From: Hemiscyllium ocellatum
Taxonomy: Eukaryota
Reading direction: 5' to 3'
Length of the DNA stretch: 64,000 nucleotides
Assembly: GCF_020745735.1 (NCBI RefSeq)
Contig: NC_083403.1
Coordinates: forward strand, 74,743,003-74,807,002
Part shown: positions 40,144-52,842 of the stretch, piece by piece
How the letters are laid out: each line of letters opens with the position of its first letter
Numbering within the stretch: the stretch's first letter is position 1
Translations under genes and position numbers: made by a program
The notes under the pieces: model-generated
Databases searched by the model: none
Seen by the model: only the letters and a program-made list of their open reading frames with translations
Told to the model about the DNA's origin: nothing

Positions 40144-41224
40144 GAATAATATCATAGCTGGGGCCCATGCGGGTGCCCATGGCAACTCCTTTAGTTTGGA
40201 GGAAGTGGGAGGATTGAAAAGAGAAGTTATTCAGGGTGAGGACCAGTTCAGTCAGTCGAAGGAGGGTGTCAGTGGAAGGGTACTGGTTGGTGCGGCGGGA
40301 AAGGAAGAAGCGGAGGGCTTTGAGTCCTTCGTGATGGGGGATGGAGGTGTACAGGGACTGGGTGTCCATCATGAAGATAAGGCGTTGGGGACCGGGAAAC
40401 GAAAATCATGGAGGAGGTGGAGGGCGTGGGTGGTGTCCCAAACGTAGGTGGGGAGTTCTTGGACTAAAGGGGACAGAACCGTGTCGAGGTACGCGGAGAT
40501 GAGTTCGGTGGGGCAGGAGCAGGCTGAGACAATGGGTTGGCCGGGGCAGTCAAGTTTGTGGATTTTGGGCAGGAGGTAGAAACGGGCGGTGCGGGGTTGT
40601 GGGACTATGAGGTTGGAGGCGGTGGATGGGAGATCCCCTGAGGTGATGAGGTTATTGATGGTCTGGGAGATGATAGTTTGGTGGTGGGAGGTGGGGTCGT
40701 GGTCAAGGGGGCGATAAGAGGAAGCGTCCGCGAACTGGCGTTTGGCCTCAGTGGTATAAAGGTCAGTGCGCCAAATTACTACCGCGCCTCCCTTGTCTGC
40801 CGGTTTGATGGTGAGGTTGCGGTTGGAGTGGAGCGCTGCACATTCTGAGGGTGAGAGATTGGAGTGGGTGAGAGGGGTGGACAGGTTGAGTCGGTTAATG
40901 TCGCGGCGGCAGTTGGCTATAAATAGATCGAGGGCAGGTAAGAGGCCAGCACGGGGTGTCCAGGTGGATGGGGTGTGTTGGAGGCGGGAGAAGGGGTCGT
41001 CAGAGGGTGGGCGGGAGTCTTGGTTGTAAAAGTAGGCACGGAGGCAAAGGCGGCAGAAGAATTGTTCAATATCTCGCCGCGTGTTGAACTCATTGATCCG
41101 AGGGCGTAGGGGAATGAAGGTGAGGCCCCTGCTGAGGACTGATCTTTCATCCTCCGAGAGGGGGAGGTCTGGAGGGATGGTGAAGATCCAGCAAGGTTGG
41201 GAGCTAGGACCTGGTGTGGGACTG

Positions 41225-41720
41225 GAGCTGGGGGTGGGGGCGGGGTTAGGGGCGGGGTCAGAGATCGACGTAGGGGCGGGGTTAGACGTGGTGACGTTGC
41301 TCAGTGTGGGGGCGGGGTCAAGCGTGGGGGCGAGGTCATGCGTCGTGACAGAAGTAAGCGTGGGGGCGGGGTTACGTGTGGTGGCGAAAGTCGGCGTGGG
41401 GGTGGGGTTATGCGTGGTGACGAAGGTTTGCGTGAGGGCGGGGTTACGTGTAGTGACGAAAGACGACGTGGGGACGGAGACACCTGAGGCGTTGTGGTCG
41501 TGCCGGTTAGTGATGTCAGTGGGGGCGGAAGTGGCTGTGGCGACGGCAACCGAAGGGGCGGAAATGGTTGTGGCGACGAAAGAACCGTTGTCATTCCCGG
41601 TAGCCGCTGGGGTCGCGAGTCTGTCGGCGATCTTCCTGGCGATCGTGGAAGCGGTTGTCTGTGCGGCAATCGCCGGGGCGGTTGTTTGGGCGGCGATCGC
41701 GGGGCGGAAGTGACGTCACG
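41225..41720. repeat. CpG-rich degenerate tandem repeats encoding a Thr/Pro/Ala-rich linker in the PLE ORF
   Basis: Repeated units of about 39 bp such as ggggcggggttacgtgtggtg(a/g)cgaa; minus-strand translation TTRNPAPT-like repeats. Confidence 0.8.
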
Positions 41721-42645
41721 GTCGGCAGCGGCCGTTGGTGCCGCAGGCGCTGTAGCGGCCACATGTGTAATGGCGTCCGACAGGCCGATAGAAGATTCTG
41801 AAACAGTTGAGGAACCACAAGTGTGTGGGTAAGTACGTGAAAGTTTTCGGTACTTACTGTCTTTAATTTCTCATATGGCTAGGAAGAACTGTTTGTTTAG
41901 TGTGTGGATTCTTCTGTAGATGAAGAACAGTAGAGGTCCTTTGCAAGTTTGTGAGAGTGTTGTCCTGAGCTGGGGTAGGGCTGATTGCAGGGAGCGTAGG
42001 TGGCGACGCATGGCTGCAAGGGTGGAGCGGAGGATCCGGAGGGAGGTCTGTTGCTGGAGGCTTCGGATTTGTTGTAGGTACAGGTTGTCCTGGCTGGGTC
42101 CAAATTTTGTTGGTTGGAATGTAGTTCGGAGTCCATGTGGGATCAGTCGGTTCCGTAGGCAGGTGCTGAGGAAGGAGATGTGGCTGTGGTAGCGGGTCTG
42201 TTTGAGAATGTGGCTGAAGAGCTTCTGTGCAGAGGAGATGACCTGGGGGGTGCAGTGAGAGAGAGACTCACTGAAATCCTTGTAGAGAGAGGAAGAGAGC
42301 TTCTTCAAGGAAGGCATCCTTGCAAGAGGATTCGCAGTAGGTTAAAATCTTTGAATAAAAAGTGAGGTCTGCAGATGCTGGAGATCAGAGCTGAAAATGT
42401 GTTGCTGGTTAAAGCACAGCAGGTTAGGCAGCATCCAAGGAACAGGAAATTCGACGATTCGGGCCAGAGCCCTTCATCAGGAATGAATGAAAGGAATGAC
42501 TGGAGCAAAACTAAACAAAAAATACTGGTTCAAGGGATAAGCTATTGTGAATTCCTTACCAAAGGAATTTCTTTGTATGAAAACTGACAATTATGGAAAG
42601 GGGAAAGATGTAGAATGGCTTCTCCCTTTACTTACCTTTGACTAG

Positions 42646-43168
42646 AGTCATAGAGATGTACAGCATGGAAACAGACCCTTCGGTCCAACCCGTCCATGCC
42701 GACCAGACATCTCAACCCAATCTAATCCCACCTGTCAGCACGGCCCATATCCCTCCAAACCCTTCCTATTCATATACTCATCTAAATGCCTCTTAAATGT
42801 TGCAATTGGACCAGCCTCCACCACTTTCTCTGGCAAAGGAAAGCATACCAAATGCCGCCTTCACTATTCTATCCACCTGCGATTCCACTTTTAAGGAGCT
42901 ATGAACCTGCACTCCAAGGTCTCTTTGTTCAGCAACACTCCTTATGACCTTACCATTAAGTGTATAAGTCCTGCTAAGATTTGCTTTCCCAAAATGCAGC
43001 ACCTCGCATTTATCTGAATTCAACTCTATCGGCCACTTCTCAGCCCATTGGCCCATTTGCTCAAGATCCTGTTGTAATCTGAGGTAACTCTCTTCGCTGT
43101 CCACTACACCTCCAATTTTGGTGTCATCTGCAAACTTACTAACTGTGCCTGTTATGCTCGCATCCAAA
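42646..43168 (-). mobile_element. Young CR1 (HER1-like) 3' fragment with internal deletion
   Basis: SKFADDTKIGGVV...KCEVLHFG...QRDLGVQV joined directly to the 3' terminal region at about 42835. Confidence 0.9.
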
Positions 43169-44435
43169 TAACCATGACAGGATGTATTTTAATCTCATTG
43201 AGTGTCAAGTCTGATCATGATAGGTTTTCTCATTAAGTTAAAATTAGAAGAAAGAATAAATGTTTATTTTGCTGCACCCAAAATATAATTTCAATAATGT
43301 CCACTCAATAATCACGCGGAAGGAGGCAATTACTAAAGAGGTCACTGAAGTGTTTAAATTATCTAAACAGTAAGCAATACATTTGTGTTTGAAGACTGCA
43401 GCAAATAAATGCCACAGGCCTGATGACTTTGTTTTAATTCATTGAGAGAAAATAGAGGTTGGATGTTTATGGTAAGGAATTCACAATACCTTATCCTGAA
43501 CCAGTATTTTTTGTTTAGTTTTGCTCCAGTCAAACTTGAGTCCCTGTTGTGAAGATGTGGATTGGTTTTAAATCTGTAGGTAAAATACAGCAGTCACAGG
43601 ACTTTCGATGCTAACTCTGTTCCTCTCTCTACAGATGCTGCCAGACCCAAATTTCTCCAGCACTTTCTGTTTATTTGTTTGTTTCAGGTAAAATATAATC
43701 CCACTTCTCTGCCTGTTAGAACTCCAGGCCTGGGATCTTCTCTCTCTGTGGTCTCTTTGGCTCCCAGTTATGAATGTCATGAGGCTGCTTTTTAAAAAGC
43801 ATGTTAAGAAATGTTGCTTCTAGTAAGCTGGTTTCTGCCAGGTAATCCTGATGCTGGTGTTCCCATTGATCATACCGATGGTCCCTGATCATAGTAACCT
43901 TGACTCACTATGACTTTGAATATTGGCCCCTTGCGTCTCCTTCACATCCCACTTGTAGAATTTTGACAGTAATTCTGTATGGCCACAGTATGCAAGTTTC
44001 TATAGTAGACAGTAACAGCTGTTAACTCTCTCAGGTGAGATCCATTGCCTTTTTAATATCTCTTCAAATGTACATTTTAACAACCTGTCCGGGCAGCAAA
44101 CTGGACAGATTCATGTATATTTGCAGACAAGGGGTGAGGTCGCCTGATCGCTTGACTCTGTCTTATTTGAAGGTAAATCGTCAATTTTCCATTTTGGTTT
44201 TTAAATAAAATATGTGCATCTTTTTCGTGCATTCAAGAGTACTAGTGCACTTGTTTGTGCAAGATCAAATATAGATGGCAAAATTCATTCTTGCCTCTGA
44301 TTTGCTAGCTTTTGACTGACTGACGAAAAGAGTATTTTGGGAATAAAGATCCTGAAAGTGAAATTAAGCTCTTGGCTTAGCTGGTAGCAGTAACATATGT
44401 CTCAGTGACTTGGATGATTCACCACAGCAGCAAAG

Positions 44436-46980
44436 GGGAGGCAATGACCTGGTGGTATTAGCACTAGACTATTAGTCCAGAAATTCAAGTTCTGTGGACC
44501 TGGGATCAAATCTTGCCATAGCAGATGGTGGAACATGAATTGAATCTGGAATTGAGAATTTAATGATGACCATGAAACAGCTGTCAGAGAAACCCAGCTG
44601 GCTTACTAATGTATTTCAAGGAACAAAATCATCTGCTCTGGCCTACATGTGACTCCAGACCCACTAAAATATGGTTGACTCTCAGTTGTTCTTGGAAATG
44701 GCCAAGCAAGCCACACAATTATAGCAATTGCTACCAAATCTCTATAAAGAAATGAAACCAGTTGGACCATCTGGCATCAGCCTGTGCACTGGGAAAGACG
44801 ACAATCCTGTCGACCTTGCAAAGTCCTCCTCACTAACATCCAGAGCTCGTACAATAATTGGGAGAGCTGTCTCACAGACTAGTCAAGCAACAACCTGACA
44901 CAGGCATATTCATAGAATTGCACCTTACAAACAATATCTCAGACACCTTGGAAATGCCCTGTGCCACTGGCAGGATAAACCAGCAGAGGTATTGAAACGA
45001 TGGTATTGATATACCGTTGGGAATCTTCAACATTGACTTTGGACCTCATGGCATCAGGATCAAAATCTGTGTTGAACACCACTTGGAAGAAGCACTGAGC
45101 ATGACAAGAGTGCAGAATATACTCTGGGTGGGACATTTCAATGTCCACCACCAAATGTGGCTTGGCAGCAGCATAACTGATTGAACTGGTCAAATCCCAA
45201 AGGATTTAGCTGCTAGGCTAAGTCTGCAGCAGGTGGAGAGGGAACCAATAAGAGGGAAAAACATACTTGACCTCATCCTCACCAGTCTGCTGGCTGCAGA
45301 TGCATCTGTCCATGATTATGTTGGTGCGAGAGACCACCGTGGAGGCAAAGTCCCACCTTCACATTGAGAATACCCTCCATTGTGTGGTATGGCACTATCA
45401 GTGTGATAAATGGGACAGACTTCAAGCAGATGTAACAACTCAAGACAGAGCCTGTGGGCCATCAACTGCAGCAGAATTATACTCTCAGCACAGCTTGCAA
45501 ACTCACCACCCGGCAAATCCTCCACTCGACTATTACCATCAAGCCTGGGGATGAAACCTGGTTCAATGGAGACTGCAGGAGGGTATGCCAAGAGCAGCAA
45601 GAGGCATACCTGGTGCCAAGTGGTTGCTCCATTTAGTCACCTCCAATAGTACCCAGTATTTGCCAATTTGATTCACTTGACACAGTATCAATAAATGATC
45701 AGAAGTAGTAGATACAGCAAAGACAGTGAGTTCTGACAATATTCCAGCAATAGTACTGAATAGTGCACTGTAGACCATGCTGCACCGTGAGCCAAACTGG
45801 TCCAGTACAACCACATCTATGTCCTAAATGCAAATAGTAGGACAAATCCTGCCAATTACTGCCCAATGAGGCTACTCGCAAGCATTAGTAAAGAAATGGA
45901 AGGCATCATCCACAGTGCTATCAAGCAGCATCTATTCACCAGTAACCTGCTGAGTGACAGACAGCTGGTTTCTGCTAGGGCCACTGAGCTCTTGGCCTCA
46001 TCACAGCCTTGGTTCAAACATGGATGAACGATGTGGGGTGAGAGTGATAGCTGTTGAGATCAAGGTTGCATCAAGGAGCCCTGACAAAAGTGGACTCAAT
46101 GGGAATGAGAAGGCAAATTCTCCATTGGTTGGAGTCTTATCTGACACATCGGAAGATGATTGTGGTTGTTGGAGGTCAGCCATTCAGCTCCAAGACAACT
46201 CTGCAGAGTTCCTTAGGTTAGTGTCTAGGGTCCAACCACTTTCATCTGCTTCATCAATGACCTTCCTTCTATCATAAAGTGGGGATGTTCGTTGATGATT
46301 GTTCAAAGTTCAGCACCAAGTATGAATCCTCAGATATTGAGCAGTCCAAATTCAAATACAACAACACCAAGGCTTGGGCTGGCAAGTAATAATATGTTTA
46401 CGCCACACAAATGTAAAACACAGTAAGCTAGAATCTAATCACTAGCCCTTGACATTCAACGGCGTTAACAAAACTGAAATCCTCCACTATCCACACTGTG
46501 GGGATTACCATTGACCGGAAACTCAGCTAGACTTGCCATATAAATACAGTGGCAGTAAGAGCAGCTCAGAGGCTCGGAACATGTCGATTAGTGGCTCACC
46601 ACCTGACTCCCCAAAATATGTCCACCATGTATAAGGCATAAGTCAGGAATGGCATGGAGTACTCTTGCCTGGCAACTCAAGAGGTTTGATGCCATCCAGG
46701 ACAAAGCCCATTTGATTGGCACTGCATCCACAAACATTCACTCCCTCTACCACTGATGCTCCATCGTAGCATTGTGTGCCATCTGTAAGATACGCTGCAG
46801 ATATTTGCTTAAGAACCTTAGGCAGCACCTTCAAAACCCATGGCCCTTCCATCTAGAAGGGCAAGGGCAGCAAATAGATTTAATCACCACCATCTGCAAG
46901 TTCCCGTCCAGACCATTCCCACTGCAAAATATATCGCTGTTTCTTCATTGTCACTGGGTCAAAATCTACATCCTCCAAAT
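44436..46980 (+). mobile_element. Decayed CR1/L2-group LINE preceded in register by a tRNA-like SINE head and body
   Basis: Degenerate A and B boxes at 44445-44515; then WVG.FNVHH..WLGS, EP.RGKNILDLILT, PANYCP, LESYL..RKMIVVVGGQ, SV.GP...CFINDL and MFVDD. Confidence 0.78.
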
Positions 46981-47044
46981 CTACCAACAAGAAAGCTGGC
47001 TCAACAGCAATCTCCTCTCCTGAGCCTATTTATCCCAAACCAAA

Positions 47045-48080
47045 GTGGTAATCATTGGAGACAGTTCAGAGAATGTTCACGATGATAATCCTTGGCATGG
47101 AGGGATTGTCTTATGAGCAAAGCTTAAACAGGTGGGAATGCCACTCACTGGAGTTTAGAAGGCTCTCCATGGGAGACTCGTTAGCAAGGTTAGATCTCAT
47201 GGAATACAGGGAGAATTAGCCATTTGAATACAGAACTGGCTCAAAGATAAAAGACAGAGGGGTGGTGGTGGAAGGTTGTTTTTCAGACTGGAGGCCTGCG
47301 TCCAGGAGTGCTACAAGGATCGGTGCTGGGTCCACTACTTTTCATCATTTCTATAAATGATTTGGATGCAAGCATAAGAGGTATAGTTAGTAAGTTTGCA
47401 GATGATACCAAAATTGGAGGTGTAGTGGACAGCAACGAGGGTTACCTCAGACTACAAGAGGATCTTGATCAGATGGGCCAATGGTCTGAGAAGTGGCAGA
47501 TGGAGTTTAATTTAGATAAATGCAAGGTGCTGCATTTTGGGAAAGTAAATCTTAGCAGGACTTATACACTTAATGGTAAGGTCCTAGGGAGTGTTGCTGA
47601 ACAAAGAGAGTGCAGGTTCATAGCTCCTTGAAAGTGGAGTTCAAGGTAGATAGGATAGTGAAGAAGGTGTTTGGTATGCTTTCCTTTATTGGTCAGAGTA
47701 TTGAGTACAGGTGTTGGGAGGTCATGTTGCAGCTGTACAGAACATTGGTTAGACCACTGTTGAAATATTGCTTCCAGTTCGGGACTCCTTCCTATCGGAA
47801 AGATGTTGTGAAACTTGAAAGCGTTCAGGAAAGATTTCCAAGGATGTTGCCAGGCAACAATTTAAGACTGAGATAGGGAGCAATTTCTTCTCTGAAAGTT
47901 GAGTCTTTGAATTCCTTGCCATGGAGAACTTTAGGGGGACAGTCATTAAAGGCTGAGAGGGATAGATTGTTGAACAGTAGGGGAACCAATGGTTATGTGT
48001 AAAAAGCAGGAAAGTGGATATAAGGAATGACAAAGCAAGCTCAAGGAACTGAATGGCCTCATGTTCCCCTTTCTTATGGT
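47045..48080 (+). mobile_element. Young CR1 (HER1-like) RT fragment (47165-47855) inside an older CR1 3' fragment
   Basis: QGSVLGPLLFII.INDLD...SKFADDTKIGG and LYRTLVRPLL; older CR1 sequence on both flanks. Confidence 0.88.
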
Positions 48081-48194
48081 CTCTGGCCTAGTGATTTTTC
48101 AAAACCAGCCTCACTGTGCAGAATTTGCCAAGCATATACAGTACTTGGCATGAGACTCCCAAAACACCAGCTCTCATGAGTACTCCAGTTTGTT

Positions 48195-48470
48195 TTTATT
48201 TATTAAGTGATGTGAACATTGCGAGCTAGGCCATCATGTATTGGCCATCCCCAATTGGCCAGAGGGTTATTAAGTATTAACCACATTGCTGTAGGTCCAG
48301 GTAAGGACAGCAGATTTCCCTCCCTGAACGACTTTATTGAGGTAGATGGATTTTCACAACCTCTCACAGTGACATTAGGCCACCTTTACATCCCAGATTT
48401 TTAAAAATTAAATTTAGGTTCCATCATCTGCCCTGGTGGGATTTGAATCCATGAACCTAGAACAAGAGTC
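48195..48470 (-). mobile_element. Second tRNA-headed SINE family copy
   Basis: Reverse complement has ggattcaaatcccaccagggcagatgatggaa...gggaaatctgctgtccttacc and the ...gggatggccaa tail shared with the 44436 family LINE 3' end. Confidence 0.7.
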
Positions 48471-49184
48471 TCTGGGGCTCAACCTTCCTTCTAAGCTGTG
48501 TGGCTACGAATGTATCCATATGCTCAAGGTTCCGTGTGTGATGACTGCTGTCGGCATGCTGATCACAGCTTTGACACCGGAAGTCATTGCTGTGCATGGC
48601 CCTTGGTGTCCCACGTAGCTGGAAAGAAAAGTAGAGGGAAGACTGCTCTGGTTGAGGGATGACATAATTACGCCACCACCTCATTTAATTGTGGCAGGCT
48701 TTAGGAATGTACTCAGAGCATTGCTATAAGTCAAACGTACGCCTAGGTGATCTTGGTTTGTGACTAACCAAAAGGGAGCACTGCATTGAGAATCGCTATC
48801 AGGAGTATACAGGGGTGAAATTGAGGAGTCTAAATAAATGCATAAAATTCCAAACAATGCAAACCACCTAACCCTTCAGATATCACCCGTCTTGCATATA
48901 GTAGAGTCTGCAGCTTGTTTATTGGACTCTAAAATGGCTGATAAGTTCATTGAACTGGGATTGAAGCAGGTCATCTCCATTCTAAGGGACAAATCAGTGA
49001 CTAGTCAGATGGGAAAGTAAAAAAAAATTCTGAGAAATGCAATTAAAGAATATATACACCAAGGCAAGGGAATAAACTCTAAATAATAAAATTCTGGAAA
49101 TGTTGAGGACTGGAGGAAGATTGCACTATATGTCCACAGACTATTGAGGATACAAGACAGGAGGTGAGATTGTAAGGGAGGTGT

Positions 49185-49790
49185 ACGTAGTACTTTATTA
49201 CCTGAGACCTAGTGTATTGGAGCAAGACGGTTATGCCAGAATTGTATAGAGCACTGCTTGAACCACAGCTGGAATTCTTCATATGATTCTTGTCACCGCA
49301 TTACAGAATAGATGAGACTACACTGGAGATGATGCAGAAGAAATTTCTATGACTCTTGCCAAAGACTGGAGAATTTTAGCTTTGAAGAGAAATAAGGGAC
49401 TGTTTTCTTTGGAGCAGAGAAGGCTGAGGAGATATTTAATTGAAGTTTATAAAATTGAGGGGCCTTGATAGAGTGGAGAGGAAGAATCTATTTCTGTTAG
49501 CAGTGTGGTCAGCAAGGGGCATAGGTTTAAAATAATTAGTAGAAGGATTAGCAAGGAGTTGAGAAGTAATCTTTTCACCCACAGGGTAGTGGGGTCCTGG
49601 AACTCCATGTTGGAAAGGCTGGTGGGAGCAGAAACCTTTATCGATTTGAAAAAAATACTTGGATGTGCCTTTTGAGATGCTGTAATCTGCAGGACTACCA
49701 TACAAGGTTGGAAATTGGGATTAAACTGAGTAGCTATTTCTTAGCTGACATTCTTGTGATTGGCTGAATGGCCACCTACTCTGCCATTAA
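49185..49790 (+). mobile_element. CR1 3' fragment
   Basis: LYRALLEPQLE, LFSLEQRRLR.YLIEVYKI, SKGHRFK and WNS motifs, plus 3' UTR. Confidence 0.8.
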
Positions 49791-51022
49791 TCTTAGTTTT
49801 CCTAAAATAGTGGGATTTCTGAATATGCCAGTGAAGCTAGCCACTAGTACTACTCTCTCAGAGGAATATATCTGTTAACCACAGAGAAATTCACAACTCA
49901 CAAACAGCACACAGATTGAACAGATTAACCCCGAATGGATTGATAAATTGAATTTGCTATGTGTCGAAGCAGTGTTTTTTTTTTGAAGTTCGATGCCAAA
50001 ATTGAATAGGGAAAGAACCTTTTTAAGTTGAATACCAAAACTAAATAAATAACACAAATGGATGCTCTATGATTTTAAATGTATTCAATACAAAGTAATA
50101 TTGTTATAAGGGTACAATGATGGTACTAAGTATTGAGATATTCCTGGTGGGTTTACTGGAGGGTCCTTTTTGGCTTTGTTTTCCTTACGGACTATGGCTT
50201 ACAGCTGAATTTCACCTGAGCCTATACATCATGTTTGTGTTTCTGCCTAAGTCCACACCACCCTGATTTAGTCATGTATCACAATTCACGTCACTTAGTC
50301 AAAGTTGTAGAAATCCCTACTGAACAATATTTTGGGAATACCTTCACTCCTACCTAGGGTCAAGGCAGCTGCCCACAACCATCTTCCTGAGAAAATAGTG
50401 ATGGCCAATACATACTGGTGACACCCACACTCCAAAAATATTAAAAATTCATTGTGTACTAAAGTTAAGTGGTCTCAGGATTTCAAAGTTTTAGTAGTTG
50501 TAGGTGGCTAAGTGAACATGACATAATATTGCTTACTAATTAATTGCAATGGACTGACCAATATTATGTTACACCTAATATTCCTACTCCCAATCCCACC
50601 CAATCATAATCATTTAGACAATAATATCCTTGCTCCAAGCTCTCAGGCACTAGTCAAATGAATAAAATATAGCTACTAATTAATGAGGTATAACATGTCA
50701 CTGAAATAAAGTTTGCTAAAATGCTGACTCGTTTGTTTAAGATATAATGGGGAGATGTAAGCTCAAGCTGACCAGTGATCACTTGGAAAGAAAGTCAGGC
50801 CCAAGGATAGTTCCAAAGTAACTGAAGGGAAAATCGCTGCAGTTCCACCATGGATGGAAAGTTTTTATATTTACCTGCCAGTCGTCTGGAGTCACAAATG
50901 TTTAAAAATAAATTCTCAACATAGATTAATATAAATATGCTGTCAACATATCCAGAAGAGTGCATTTCTCTTCCTGCATACCTTCACCCTAATGTGGTCC
51001 CAAGACAGACATTATTGAAGTA

Positions 51023-51648
51023 GAGGTAGTTGTCTTATAGTGTGATAGTTGCATTCCCATGCAACACTGTGTTAGAGAAATCACGCAATATAAATAATGG
51101 GACCTATGGGAAAAGCAGGATTGGGGTGAACCACCAAAACTATCAGTAAAAATTGAAACACAAATATTAGTTAGCCTGACACAAACGGTGGTGGCACAGT
51201 CTTAAGTAAATTTTTAAATCATATATTTTAATAATAATTAAATAATACAGTAAATTTAACACTTTTAACACTGAAATAACTGACTACAACGCTATACCTT
51301 TCACAAAGCTCTTCATTAGAAAGTGCCCGAGCTGTCTGACGAAATGATGCCGATGTGGAAGTCCAATCCTTAAGATTCTCTCCTGGTTTGAAGTACATTC
51401 CTTCTGAATGTAGACTACAATTCCCAGTTTCAAGCTAAGTTTCAAGGCTTGCAGAGCTGATTGCATTTCCTGTTTTAGCACACCACACAGAATTTGCATT
51501 TTGCAGACAGAGGATCCTGAGGCTGAGTTTTGCAGTTCAGATAGTGCCAGGGATGGAATCGCGTAACAGTGATTGGGAGTTCGCTTTATTTAGTTCATGT
51601 TAGAACCAAATCATGTTTAATAAATGTGCTTTGTAGGGGAAGTACCTG
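51023..51648. mobile_element. Tigger/pogo-like DNA transposon deletion derivative
   Basis: Imperfect TIRs gaggtagtt.. and ..aagtacctg with TA on both sides; subterminal similarity to the MITE at 8277; possible transposase N-terminal remnant on the minus strand. Confidence 0.6.
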
Positions 51649-52842
51649 TAAGATAATTTTGCTGAGTCAACCTAACTGATCCTCGACTGAATGAAATTGG
51701 GACAATCTTGTCTCAAGGCCCCTCAGAATACATTGAAAGCTAGATTTCTGCTCCCCTGAATCCAGCTTAAATGCAGCCATCAGTTGCCACCCAGAAAGCT
51801 GAAAATGAAACCGTAGTCATCTTGCTCATCTGAGATTAGGGCTACTGTACAGCAGATGAGTTGAAATTAGGGCATTCAAGAGCGAAAGTCACTTGTAAAC
51901 CACACCTGACAAGTTCATCAAACTACACTGAGAGTTGACAAAATTGAACAACTCGTGCTTCTTCCAGCCTCCCATCCTGAATCACTTTGTCCTATCAAAT
52001 ATGCCAGTCTATCTACCCGCCACTTCATAATGATCACCTAAGAATATGGTTTTGGCCTAATGCCATTCAGTCTTCCCCATCTATCATTGCTTTTTGTCTT
52101 TCATCTCTTTATTATATTTCCCACTTAATTTCAACTGTGAAGAAATATACAGAGGATCTTATCCTCTGTTTTTTTTCACTCTTGCCTGCCTGTATTCCTT
52201 TTTCTACTTCATCTTTCTATCCAAGTTCACTTTATAATCTCTCTCATCGCTCGACCTCATTGCCTTCCTCCTTACATCTGTCTTTGTAGATAAATTTCAC
52301 CTCGTGATCACAAGGTCTTCAGGAATGGTTGTCCTAAAATTTCACATGAAAGTTTAATTGTACTATAACTGTCTATTAGATCCAAGATAGAACATAGATA
52401 ATTGAAAAACAGGAAGATTACTTATGATTAGTGTGATAAATATATTGGAAAGAGCTTTTAAGTTGATGATTGGAATCCTCTGCATCTACAAAAATGAATA
52501 GGATGCTGAAAGCAAACATAAAGCTGTCTAATTTGCTCATGACACAAAATAAGGACAATAATTGAGATGGATTATGTTTAAGGTATTTTTATTGTTTATG
52601 CACCTTGAGTAACTTGCTAACTTGTAAAATAAAAAACTGAAAATGTAAAATAACATTGTTCAAAAAGTATACTGGATAAACATATAATAAATGAAATAAT
52701 TAAATAAGGTTAAGTTTAATGCCTGAGAATAATGATAGATTTTAATACAGTTGAGATAATGTGACAAAGCTAAAAGAAAGTGGGAGTATACAACAGTTAT
52801 GCTCATGTTTTATGCTGCACTAGTCATTAGAGAACCAAGGAG

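Larger units (their letters stand above)
40049..42568 (-). mobile_element. Young Penelope-like element: 5' terminal repeat, ORF N-terminus to mid-RT, then direct 3' terminal repeat; lacks the C-terminal RT and GIY-YIG
   Basis: Direct repeats at 42359-42488 and 40049-40148; ORF starts at 42317 (MPSLKK...HISFLSTCLRNRLIPHG), continues with LSRGLTFIP, IKPADKGGAVV, FYLLPKIHK and MDTQSLYTSIP, and ends at GVAMGTRMGPSY; one stop at 41871 and frameshifts; 14-bp TSD ttctttgtatgaaa at 40035-40048 and 42569-42582. Confidence 0.93.

Noticed and set aside
41081-41713. 210-aa plus-strand Val/Gly/Ala-rich ORF
   Set aside because: It is the antisense shadow of the GC-rich PLE linker; low complexity and no independent support.
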